Below are positions 1 through 11,460 of a DNA stretch of 64,000 nt, piece after piece. The position numbers were made by a program, and so were the translations under genes. Numbering within the stretch: position 1 is the stretch's first letter; each line of letters begins with the position of its first letter. The notes below the pieces were generated by a model. The model saw only the letters and a program-made list of their open reading frames with translations. It was not told the DNA's origin and ran no database searches. The DNA is taken from the NCBI RefSeq assembly GCF_009914755.1, contig NC_060936.1; one strand, written 5' to 3'. Origin of the DNA: the human T2T-CHM13v2.0 reference genome, Homo sapiens.

Positions 1-1549
1 TACAGCTATGTGTGTTTCTGCAAATTCTATATTTCAAAGCTCTTAACAATTCACAAACTTGCAGGACTTCTTTTAATTTAATTTAAAATGATAGTGGGGT
101 TTCTTTTAATTTAAAAATGTTTTTCTGTTGGTGGGTATTTAAACACATAAAACAAATAGAGATTTACACAAAATACAAATGCTCCAGTCTTACTTATCAA
201 TTTTTAACACATTTCCATCGGATTAATGTTCTCTTACTTTCAAACTCCCTCTTTTTAAAAATGCAGAACAGAAACCCCAATCGTTCATGAATTCTCAGAG
301 CATCCCTTTCTGTGATAATAGAGTGGAGAAAAACTTCCTGTGGGTCTGCAATCCTATCCCCGCACAGGTAAAATACTTCTTTGTTTTTTCATGTGGAATA
401 TTTTGAGCAGTTTTCAGGATGTTCCAATCTCGACAGCCCACTCGCTTGTCCCTGTGGCGTCTGAGGGGATGCTGACACATGGAGTTTGAGAACCACACTT
501 TAAGAAGTTGTTCTTTCCTGTGGGGCAGAATTAGGGCAGCTTTCCGACAGCTGATTGTTCATTAAGAACACCTGGGGTGGGACCAGAAGGAGGACAGAAA
601 GTGCCATCTGAGATTGCAGAAATTCTCTTTAATTTCACAATTATGCCCATAGCAGGCTTTCTGTGGCAGAGTTGTTGACCTAAGGTTCAGAAGACAATCT
701 GACTTGGCTAATGACAGCATTTTCTCATGATCTGCAAAACATGAAGAAATGATGCAGTGGGAAGGTTGAAGCCATCGGTATAGTGAGTTGCTTGACCTGC
801 AGAGAAGTCATAAGTTCATTTATCTTCCTCTCAGCAATGACTTAAACTCCTGTCTATTGAGTGCCTCCGAGGCGCAAGACAGGATGCTAGGCACTTGATT
901 CTTCACACACTTGTGGAGTAGGTATTATAATAAGAGCACTGATCACCAGTCTTGAGCTCATAATTAAATGCCCCACAACTAGAATGTGGTCGAGCTAGTC
1001 CTTAGTTAAATCTAGGGGTAAAGTCTGGTTGTTTTGACTTTTTTACCCTCCTTCCACCATAAAGCATAACATATTCTCACATGGAAACCTGCAGGGCAAT
1101 TCCCCTGCTTTACATTAATGAGGGACAAATACGATTTGTGTCTTTTACTGTGTCTAATCTCCCACGGTTCTCACAGCTTCTTTTAAATTTATATGACTTT
1201 TCCATTTTCATAAAAAGATAGGATGCCGTTTCTTATCTTTTTGGATCAATGTTATGGTATCAGTATTGATTCTTAAAGAAGTCCTTTAGAGGTTCAGCTC
1301 TGAAGCTATTGATCATTCAAAAGTTCCTCCTTTATTTAATTTTCATGTCACTTCAGTCTTTGAAACTTTAGGTTTCACATTTCCTCTGTATGTAGCTTTC
1401 CAGTGGAAGACAGGGCTTTCTTTACTGTATTTCTAAAATTATGTAATTTGGGGGTACTTTATTTGGCAAACATGGATAGAATATTTATATGTTTGTGAAC
1501 AATGTGCAATTCTTATCACAGTGTTACCTAAAATAGCTAACATAAAGAG

Positions 1550-1690
1550 TCTAATTTATAAATAAGAGAAATTGAAGCTTAGGGAGTTAACTGTTCAATG
1601 TAATTAAGTAGACTAACGGGTAGTAGAGCCGTGCCTCCAATCAAAGTCTATTCAAGGCCCAAAGCCTGTCCCCTAAACACTAACATCTGT
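1550..1690 (-). mobile_element. MIR SINE fragment
   Basis: Diverged antisense MIR core (aataagagaaattgaagcttagggagttaa...gtagagcc...ccaaagcctgt). Confidence 0.55.
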
Positions 1691-1849
1691 CTGCCCCTCA
1701 CATCCACTGTTTTCTCACCATCACTCAAAACTTGTCTCAGAGTGATGGCTTGCAGAGCACATGCCTGGTGCCCTGGTGTCCCCTGTTTGTTCACTCCAGG
1801 GCCGGTGGTACCATCTTGATGACCTCACATATCTGATCTAACTCTTTTG

Positions 1850-1972
1850 TAAGTGCTTATTTCTGTCACTCCAACTAGACAGGGGCTTTTCACTGTTTCA
1901 TTCCAGCACTTGGCACAGTGAGTAGCACGTTGGTGTTTAACAAATATTTGTTAAGGAAATGGATGCATGATT
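1850..1972 (+). mobile_element. L2 LINE 3' end
   Basis: ccagcacttggcacagtgagtagcacg...aacaaatatttgttaaggaaatggatg resembles the L2 3' terminus. Confidence 0.65.
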
Positions 1973-2228
1973 CTGGGCTTGCCAAACATATGCTCAACTT
2001 TGCCTTCTGTGCCTACAACTACCTGGAGGAATTTCTGTCTGCTTCAACTACCAACAAATCTCTCTAAACAAGCAAATGGTGGTTGTCAAGTTGGTAATGG
2101 ATATTTGTTGTTGATTAAGGTGATAAACTGAGGTAGAGAAATAACTTCTCTGATGATGTATAGGAGCAAAGAGAAATGCTCTTGAGTGGATACTTTTATA
2201 ATTTTACATTTTACTGGGATTTTATTGG

Positions 2229-2450
2229 CTGTCTTATTTTGTTGCAAATGGCATAAACCCAACTCACACTAGCTTAGCAAAATGTATAGTTGTAACTTTG
2301 CAAGATGGAATATAGAGCCGGCTTCAGATCCTAATGTATCCCAGAGCCAAACAACCTTGTTTTGGTCTCTCTTTGTGTGTCCCTCCTTCTCTCTTTATTT
2401 ACATGTGTTTCATACTGGGTTCATTTTGCAGAAAGGCTGTCACCATTTGA
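2229..2450 (-). mobile_element. old ERVL-MaLR LTR fragment (MLT1J/K-like)
   Basis: ttgttgcaaatggcataaacccaactcacactagcttagcaaaa resembles the antisense MLT1J/K terminus. Confidence 0.5.
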
Positions 2451-2485
2451 CCAAAAGGGAGGACCAGGACAGAAGGACCATAAGT

Positions 2486-2670
2486 CAATGGTTTTCTTTA
2501 GTGTGCTGCCAGCAGAATCAGAATCACCTGGAAGCTGGGTGAGAATGCAAATTCTTGAGCCCTATCCAAGACCTACTGAATCAGAAACTCTGACACTAGG
2601 AACTAGGACTCTGTGTTTTCATAAGCCTTCCAGGTGGTTGTTGTGTACACTACAATTTGAGACCTGCTTG
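2486..2670 (+). mobile_element. MER5A (hAT-Charlie MITE)
   Basis: cagcagaatcagaatcacctgg...aatgcaaattcttgagccc...agacctactgaatcagaaactctg matches MER5A. Confidence 0.85.
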
Positions 2671-3554
2671 ACTAAGGGTAGGAATTGAGTCCTCAAATAA
2701 ATGGGCTTCATCAAGTGGCTTTCATGTACAGAAGTAGAAGAACATGGGAGACATTAATAGCTCAAAATGAGGGATTATATGTGTTTGGAATTCCTCTGAC
2801 ATGCAAGGCACTCACTTGAGTGCCTAATTAATCTACCTTAATTATACTCTTATCCCTATTTTGAGAGATCTTCAAAAAGAAATGGATTTGGAGGAGGTTT
2901 AGTAATATATGATATTTATTAAATTTTACCTTTAAGACTGTCAGAGAGAAACTGGAGGATGCTGGGGTCTTTGTTCCATCAGAGAAAAGCATTTGGCTTC
3001 AAAATCTCACATTTCCACTACAACTTTGGGAACTCTGTAACTTCCCAGTTTTATTCTTTAGCACCAATCTTTTCTTCTACAGTGATTAATAGTAAAATTG
3101 TTGAATGAAAAATTGTTAGTTAGTGTGGGGAGATAGCATAAAGAGGAAAAGGCTGGGGAGAACTGCAATCCACTTTGAAGCCAGCCTTGAGAAATAGGAA
3201 TCTCCACAGATGAAAAGGGAAGTCACGGCTCAGAGGAGGGGGCACACTGCCTGTGTTCCTTGTGCCTCCAGGAATAGAGGGGCCCCAGGGACTACAAAGA
3301 ATCCCCAGGGACCTCAGTTTCTTCAGAAGTAGTAGCAAGTCACTTCAGAATGTTATGCATTATCTGTCTTTTCAGATTTTAATCATCTTTATGTTTGCTT
3401 GGTCCTCAGTTAAAAAAAAATATTTCCCACATAGGACTAATGGAATTGTCTTTCTGGGGTCATAGAGACAAGGTTGTCAGAATATCTCTTCAAGACAATA
3501 GTGTCAGTGACCACAGCTTGGCAATTCCTGAGCTAGATATAAAGGTAGCAAGAA

Positions 3555-4026
3555 CAGCACTATTCACAATAGCAAAGACACGGAATCAGCCTAAATGCTT
3601 ATCAGTGATAGACTGGATAAAGAAAATGGTGTGGATATACACCGTAGAATACTGTGCAGCCGTAAAAAGGAATGAAATCATGTCTTTTGCAGGGACATGG
3701 ATGGACTTGGAAGCCATTATCCTCAGGAAACTCATGCAAGAACAGAAAACCAACCACTGCATGTTCTCACTTATAAGTGGGAGCTGAATGATGAGAACAT
3801 ATGGATGCATCAGGGGGAACAAGACACACTGGGGCCTGTTGGGGCATGGGAGGAGGAAGAGCATCAGGAATAATAGCTAATGGATTCTGCGCTTAAAACC
3901 TAGGTGATGGGTTGATCTATGCAGCAAACCACCAGGGCACACATTCACCTATGTAACAAACCTGTACAGCCTGCACAGGTACCCCTGAACTTAAAATTAA
4001 AGTTGAAGTAAAAATAAAAAGAAAAA
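3555..4026 (+). mobile_element. 5'-truncated L1 (L1PA12-14-like): ORF2 C-terminus, 3'UTR and A-tail
   Basis: ORF 3395-3787 ends in the L1 ORF2 C-terminus (ALFTIAKT...WIKKM...HCMFSLISGS); L1PA 3'UTR; candidate TSD aaggtagcaa(g/a)aa at 3542-3554 and 4073-4085. Confidence 0.9.
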
Positions 4027-4189
4027 GTCTGTGAACCCTTTAACCCCTGACCAAAGGGAAAAAGAATAAAAGAAGGTAGCAAAAATTAGAGGAGAGCTGA
4101 CTCATAATTCTAAATGATGTAAGAATTCAAAACTAAACAATCCTAATAATTATTCTAAATAAAATAATTCTAAATAATAAGTGTAGTAA

Positions 4190-4395
4190 CATAATAATAG
4201 CAAATATTTATTGATCTCTTATGATGTCCTACGTCCTGTTTTAGTCACTTTAATTGTATTAACTTGCTTAATCTTTATAACTTCCATCCATTTTATAAAT
4301 AAAAAAACTGGCACAAATTGTCCAAATGAAATAGTTTTTTTTTTAATATAAACCCAAGAAGTTCTGTCCTCAGAGCTCGTGCAGTTTATCATTAC
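4190..4395 (-). mobile_element. MIR SINE
   Basis: ataataatagcaaatatttattga...aacccaagaagttctgtcctcagagctcgtgc is antisense MIR. Confidence 0.65.
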
Positions 4396-5571
4396 CTAAG
4401 ACTACCTGCCTCTTGAGAAAAAGTGAATCTCTTCAGTTAAACTATGCAGATATTTGCTAATATTTGCTACTGTGCTTGTTCGTTTTGGGAAGGCGATTCC
4501 ACATAATTTTGTCAGAACTCCTTTGTATGAAGATAGAATCCAGCCACCATCCTATCCTCATCATGACACTGTCATTACAACTAAGACATCAGAGTGGACA
4601 TTCCCCTCTTTTCAAGAAACATTTTTGTCTACTGACTCTATGTGGAAGTCAAAGAGCTAACTATGCTTTATGTTCTTCATTTCATTTCCTGAAACTTTGA
4701 TGTGCAGGTTAAAGACTGTTTCTATCTGAACTGTTTTATGGGAAAAGCTAGCTTGAACCTAACTACATGAACCTCTGGAGGCTGGGTAACCTGACTTTTT
4801 CACAAAGCAACTGATATTCGCATGTTGGGTTTTATTTTTAATTTGTCATGGTTCTTGGAGACTGCTCTGAATGTTCAATTATATTTTTAATTTCACTGCT
4901 GGCTTATTAGCTGATTAACTGAGCTGTTCTCATCTGAGCAGTATTAGGGTTTAGTAAGATCTTACATCATTCTACAGGAATCAATTTATAAACTTTGTTT
5001 ACTTCAAGATTCTGGCTGACACATTAATTTAGCAGCAACAGAATTACAGATAGCGTTACAAAAAAGCTATTAGCTATTCTCTTAGAGATAATATTTATAA
5101 ATGGAACGTAATTACAGCCTGGAAGCACACAGTTTCCAGAGCTAAAGGCAATAAAGCTACAGCAATAAAGAATTTACTATTAGCTCTCCTGGGACAAAGA
5201 GGGCTCCAGTGGAATGGGAAAGAGGTTGGGGTGAGGTATAGAGCTGGGAAGGCGAAAAAAGAAGGAAGAGAATGGGATCACAGGAGAGGCTCAGCTCTTC
5301 TAAACAGTAGTTATATTCCAGGCTGTTCTAAGAAGGCAGAGACTAGTGCCCGGGGAGACCAAGTCTCTGCTTCTACTATGGAAGATTTTTAAAAGTTGTT
5401 TCCAACCCGATGGAAACTTTCTCATGGGAATGGTTTGCTCACTGATATTTTCCCAAAAGATCTTTTCTCTTATTTTCCCACATCACTGGGTTTTTTAAAA
5501 AAATGTAATGACCGTTATCCCAAACAACTAGATAATATACAGCCTTTGTCCTTTAAGAGCAAATTTGGGTC

Positions 5572-5700
5572 TGTAAATATTTATTGAGCAGCTACTGTAT
5601 ACAAGATACTTTACTAGGTATTTTGAGAGATACCAAGATAAATAAGATGTGATCCCTGCCCTTAAGAGGCACAAGATTTAGAAGGTGAGAGAAGATATGT
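5572..5700 (-). mobile_element. L2 LINE 3' end
   Basis: aatatttattgagcagctactgt...ataagatgtgatccctgcccttaagag is the antisense L2 3' end. Confidence 0.7.
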
Positions 5701-5714
5701 AATACTGCAAGTAC

Positions 5715-5900
5715 CAATACTAGCTACTCTATACCAGGCGTTACTCTCAATGCGTTGGCTATACTAACTCACCTAACCCTCATAGTAACTCTGCAAGACG
5801 ATGTCATCATTATTTTCATTTAATAGATGAAGAAATTGAGGTGAGCAATATTATATAACTTGGCAAATGTTACATGCTATAAATAAGTTGAAAATCGAGA
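5715..5900 (-). mobile_element. MIR SINE
   Basis: taactcacctaaccctcatagtaactctgcaag...ttttaatagatgaagaaattgagg is the MIR core. Confidence 0.65.
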
Positions 5901-6752
5901 CAGTGGGAGGCGAACTATTTGACTTAAAGTCGTAGAGTAAATCAAAGTCAGCCTCGGCTATAATTCAGTTGAAGTCTCCTGACTCCCAGCACAAGGCTCT
6001 GTTTATTAAATTGTGAAGTATTTTTTTGTTTTTTCCTTAATAATGAATGGGACTAGGAGTGATTTCAGCACTTCATGTAAGACTCCTACTTGCTTGTTCT
6101 GAGAAAGTAATCAACTTCAAGTCAAACTTTGTTTTTTTTAAAGAGCCTTGAAAGTATTCACTAAGAGTTTTATGAAACTTTAAGCAAAGAATTGTTTGTA
6201 CAAATACCATTTTAAAATAATTTTCTGACTGGAGCTGATATAAATGTACATTTATTGTTGACTTTAGGAAGGCTTTCATATGAATATCACTTTTTGAAGT
6301 TTATTTTTAAAAATTCATTCATTTATCTAAAGTGTATGTTTTGTATTAATATATCAGAATCAAAGTTCATTAAAGTTTTTATTATGAAAATTGGTTTTAT
6401 TTATATAAAATATCTAACATGTAATTTAAGAGAAATATTAAGCTAATTTTTAAAAACTCCTCCAAGTATGTTAATTTTCCAAATGCTTTTTAGGAAATCA
6501 GCGAGGCTTATTACCTGAGCCCTTAGACAAAAGTGGATGGTCTCTTCAATACTTGTGACCTTTTCTCTTCACCTTGTCTGTTTTTCCCTCAGTCCCTGGA
6601 TTACTACTTTTGTCCTCTAACCGCTTGAAATGCCTTCTCCTATGCCTTTAGCAGCCACTGAAAGTTCACTATTTTCTGTCTTATTTTCTTAAATTATATG
6701 TCTGTTAGAGTGTTTGAGGAGATAACTACATAAATGCACCAGGAATAATGGG

Positions 6753-7220
6753 TGTGTTAGTTTCCTAGAAATGCCATAACGAAGTACCCAAAACTGGGTG
6801 GTTTCGACAACAGAAATATATTTATTCTCTCACAGTCCAGGAAGGTGGAAGTCCAAAGTCAAGGTGTCAGCAGGGCTGTGCTCCTCTGATGGCTCTAGGG
6901 GAAGAATACTTCCTTGCCTATTTCAGCTTCTAGTGGCTCTTGGCAATTGTTTGCATTTCTTAGCTTGTAACTGCATCACTCCAATCTTTGTCTCTGTCAT
7001 CACAGGGCTTTCTCCCCTCTAACTCCCGTATGTCTCTGTGTCTGCATCTCCCTCTCCCTTCTCTTATAAAAACACTAGTCATTGGATTTAGGGCCCATTT
7101 TAATCCAGCAAAACCTCATCTTAACTAATTACCTCTGCAAAGACCCAGCTGCCAAAAAAGATCACATTCAGAGGTTCCTGGAGAACAGGAATTTGGGGAG
7201 ATACTCTTCAGCCCAGTACA
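6753..7220 (-). mobile_element. MLT1C-like solo LTR (ERVL-MaLR)
   Basis: 468 bp with TG...CA ends, MLT1 motifs, 5-bp TSD atggg (6748-6752) / atgtg (7221-7225). Confidence 0.85.
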
Positions 7221-7569
7221 ATGTGTTAATAAGAGAAGGCAGGAGGGAAAGCTTGATCATTTGAACAAATGTTGGTTTATTTTAAGAGAAGTTGTATGGT
7301 TCCATGTGGCTAGAATTACTACATCTTCTATTTTGCCATAGTTTTAGCCTTACTTTATAGCTGATTGGAAAAGTCCAGTGACTTCCTTAGGTCTGACTCT
7401 ATCTCTAAGAAACCATGCTGACAGATGCCCATTTTACTTGATACAAGATGGAGTATTACCATTGGTCAGGTGAATTCATCAACTTCACTAATCATCTTCC
7501 TAAAGAGCAGACAGTATTAAGCATGTCTTGAAAAAAAAACTGCCAAAAAGAACAGAAAGCAAATTGAGC

Positions 7570-7820
7570 ATCGGGAAAAGACTTGGGTCTATAGCGTCAG
7601 ACAAAACTAAGTTCAATATATACTTAAATAATAATGAGTCTACTAGGTAGACTCATCTAATAGTGCTGCCATGTACTAGTTTACTAATCATAGGATTGTT
7701 ACTCATGCTCTCTCAGCAGCAGTTTCAGGGTAATTAAATCTACATCAAAGGTTATTTTTAGGATTAAAGAAAGACACAGTCGATATTCAAAAAACATCTA
7801 CATTAATAACGATAATAATA
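7570..7820 (+). mobile_element. MIR SINE with internal foreign insertion
   Basis: MIR 5' part (aagacttgggtctatagcgtcagacaaaactaagttcaa) resumes at ctgccatgtactag after a ~45-bp insert. Confidence 0.55.
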
Positions 7821-9390
7821 CAGCTGCAAAAAAAGAGTAAGAGGGCTGCAAAAAGAGATGGCATCTAAAATACATTTCTATCTTTACATATTTTTGAAGA
7901 AATTTGATCCCATACTCTGAATTCAAGGTGGCGGATGGTGGACTACCTTTGGATGCTGAAACAAGATGTCAGTATTCACTGAGGTGGCAAACCCCCCAGA
8001 CTCCTCATCCCCTGTAAGCTGTGATTCAGCAGACCTTCATCCTAGCTGTGGCAAAGTGTGGTGTTGAGCCTGCCAGTTCCTGGACCAGGCCTAGCTTTGC
8101 CCTCACATGGCACAGATCCCACACTCTGGCCCTCTCTTTTCCCACAACAATTTTGATTTGTAGGCAGGATAATCATAAAAGTTCAAAGGAAATGAGAAAT
8201 TGCTACTTAGAAGAATAAGATGATGTGTGGAAGGTAGAAAATTTCTAAGTAGCCATCCAACCCAGCTGGGTAGGATCTGACCGTCAGGTTGGTTGGTTGG
8301 TTTTTTACCACCAGATGTTAGGTCAGCTTCTTGCTCAGTGCCTCTCAGTCACTTATCTTAGTCCCTGGCTTCCAAACTAGAGGACCTGGGTCATCATTGG
8401 AATTTGCCATAGCTTAGGTCTGGGCCTGGCTAAGTCCACAAAAATCTAGTACAGCATCAGAGAAACTTCTGCTAAATAGTTATTCCACACCCAGTTTTGG
8501 TTTCTGTAGTTCAGGTCTCTGGTCTTCTGTTATAGGCTCCTTGGTAGATCTCTTGCCTCTCCTGTTCTTGGCCACACATGAACAACACCACCATCACCAC
8601 TAGCCTAGCCCACAGGCTCTGGCCCTGACATTGGCTTGTGCTTTAGAGTGCTCAGGCCATGCTGTCTTTTTAACAAATGTTCACTAGGGGCAGTACTCTG
8701 AAAGGTTTAAAGCCACTGTGTACATTTCTACTAGGTAGACTCATCTAATCTCTAAATAGTAATTTATTACAAAGGCAACTTGCATACTTTCACATGAAGT
8801 TCTTATTTGATTATGTTAATTAGACTTTCAGGACAAAACAGGTCACAATACTTATTTCACACTCACCAGGTCTAGAATATTTTACTGGGATCTGTGGGAA
8901 GGTAAAATAGATGTAGCTTCTGCTTTGTGGAGGTCAAAATTGTACTTTATTTTTCTTGAATACCCCTCCCTCAACCTTCCATTTTGAAAACAATCAAGAA
9001 AAATGTCCTGTCACATAGTTCTCTCTACTCCCTTTATCTTTCTTTGAAATATCGACTATTCTTCTGCTAACAGCAAAATATTTTCCAAGCATAACAATAA
9101 ATTTTTCCTTGCCAAAGGAAAACAAGGCCAACCATTGGAAGAGACCCCAAGACTAAGTTACAGCTAATATAGCACCGAACCCCTCTTTTCTCAGCGTGAT
9201 CTTTAAGTTTTGGACTTTGAATGAAAGACCAAGGGGAAATTGTTTTATGTTTTATATACTACACTAGTTATATGTTTCATATATAACTACTGGTCCGGAT
9301 AGCATGTTATCTAAGAAAAAGAACTTCTATCACCTTTAAATACTTGAAAATAATTTCCAGCTGTCTCTCTTCCTCTGATAGTCATAAACA

Positions 9391-9403
9391 CAGACACACA
9401 CAG

Positions 9404-9470
<67 letters not shown>

Positions 9471-9491
9471 CAGAGAGACAGAAAGAGAGAG
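9391..9491. repeat. compound (CA)n-(GA)n microsatellite
   Basis: CA run followed directly by a GA run. Confidence 0.95.
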
Positions 9492-10761
9492 CTTTACCAC
9501 AATTGATTATGGAAAAAATCACAATTGATTATGGAAAGAAGAAATGCTAGGAGAGCTCAGGCCCATTTATCTCAGTAGATGAACAAGATTGTAACTGCTA
9601 TTATGTCCTCAGAACTTCATATAGTTCTGGTCCTGCAGTACTAAAAGGAAGGAAAAGAAGTGATGTAAGTACACGTAATGTTCTTGTTAACATAAAAAAG
9701 CAGTAAGAGAGAAAAGATAAAAATATAGTGCCTCAGCAGCTGGAAAGTGCCCAAGTGGAGTGTAGAAAAGTGTCCAGTGAAAAACAAGGGACCAGAAAGT
9801 AAATGAAGAGGGGTGCTTGGATTCAGCTAAGTGGGACAGAAAGGATTTCTTTAGGTTGAGAGAATTGGAGTTGGAAAGTAAGAAGTCTAAGGAAAATGTT
9901 CTTTCAAAAAACATGTTAGAATTAAGTGATTATAACTCACTCAAAATATCACAAATATATGTCATGAACATGGAAGTGGTTGGGAGGACAAAGGGTCAAA
10001 GGACTTCTTTGTTCTTTGAGTGGGTCCCACATGATTGAAGAGGAGGAACCAAGAACAGAATTGATGATGTTACAGATGGAAGGAAGGAAGTTTGTAGCTG
10101 AGAGCAAATTGTTCTTTGTCCTTGAGATAAAATGAAAATTTGCTCTACTGGTTAAAAATTTACATGACACACATCCCAGAATGAATGTAAAAATGTTTTT
10201 GACAGAAGGAATGGAATTAGAAGGTCCACAACTCCAATTGAACTAGATAGAGCAGATCAGGCGTCTCACATTTGCACTCACATCTCTGACATGTGTTACC
10301 CACCATGGGATACTACATCAAAAATATTTAGTGTATTTTATTCTTAAGTCTGTTTTCCACACATAATGATCTTATGTTATTGCTTGGGACACATTTGCTC
10401 CGAGCTCACGTCTCGAAGCAGGAGTCCCATTGTGGGGCATACTCATACCAAACCTTCAGTGATTCTGAGAAGAACTCTGTGCTCACGTTCTCTTTTCTGC
10501 CTTCCTCTCACAGCAAGTCTTAGTTATATTGCCACAAAGCAGTTTACGTGACTTTACTGTGTCAAGAATGATCAGTTAACACACTCAAAGTAGGCTATTG
10601 TCTCTGTGACCTGACTAATGGGCCCACCCCACACTTTCGTACATGCCAGTTTGAAACCTACTATCTTCTTCAACCACCATGATGATAGAAAGTCTTGGCA
10701 TTGGTTACTCCTTTCGGGAAATGCTGGTAATAAACATTGTAGGATGGATTATTGTTCTAAG

Positions 10762-10969
10762 CCAAGGTTTCTCAACCTTGACATTGGAGGCACTATCGAC
10801 ATTAGGCACGAAGTATTTCTACTTAGTATTTGGGGGGCTGTCCTGTGCATTGCAGGATGGCAGCCAGCATCTCTGGCTTCCACCCAATATGTGCCAGTAG
10901 CATAAAATGTCTCCAGACACTGCCAAATGTCCCCCAGGGAGAAAAACTGCCCTGATTGAGAACCACTGC
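10762..10969 (-). mobile_element. MER20 (hAT-Charlie)
   Basis: ggtttctcaacctt...ggggggctgtcctgtgcattgcaggatg...tgtctccagacactgccaaatgtccccc...ttgagaaccactg. Confidence 0.9.
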
Positions 10970-11279
10970 AGTAAACTATTATCTCCCATCAGCTCCTTAT
11001 AAATTGAACTTGCAGCAGTCTAGCAAGGCATTGAGAGAACGAGAGGTGTCTGAAGCTCAGGAAAATCTGCAGCTCAGAGAGCATCAGAAAATGGCTAGAA
11101 AGGGTAGGTCTGAACTGACTGTCACAGGGCAGGGACTTTCAGAGAGTCACAAGGAGATTGGATGAGGAAAAGACAGACAGGGATGAGGGGCATAAAGAAA
11201 GGCAACTGAAAAGAAGAAGAAATATTGAGAGCAATATGGCCTTCACTATAGGGCTTTCCTAGAAAACCAGAGGGGGAAT

Positions 11280-11460
11280 CCATAACGGGCAGTCAGAAAA
11301 CCAAGGTTCTGGTTTCAATTTCACTCTCCTGTTAGTTTTTAGATCACTTATGCTTGGTTTCCTTACCTATAAAACGTGGCTATGTTTCCAGACCTGATTA
11401 TCTCAGATTGCTATATTAAGGCAATAATGGGAACATTCTCTGTAGATGTGTTTATAAAAG
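11280..11460 (+). mobile_element. MIR/MIR3 fragment
   Basis: agtcagaaaaccaaggttctgg...ggtttccttacctataaaacgtgg resembles the MIR core. Confidence 0.45.

Noticed and set aside
295-498. 67-aa ORF with a possible hAT terminal repeat (tttgagaaccac)
   Set aside because: No protein similarity; only one candidate terminus, so the family cannot be supported.
8255-8276. Near-perfect 22-bp palindrome atccaacccagctgggtaggat
   Set aside because: Single short palindrome with a mismatch; compatible with chance in 64 kb.
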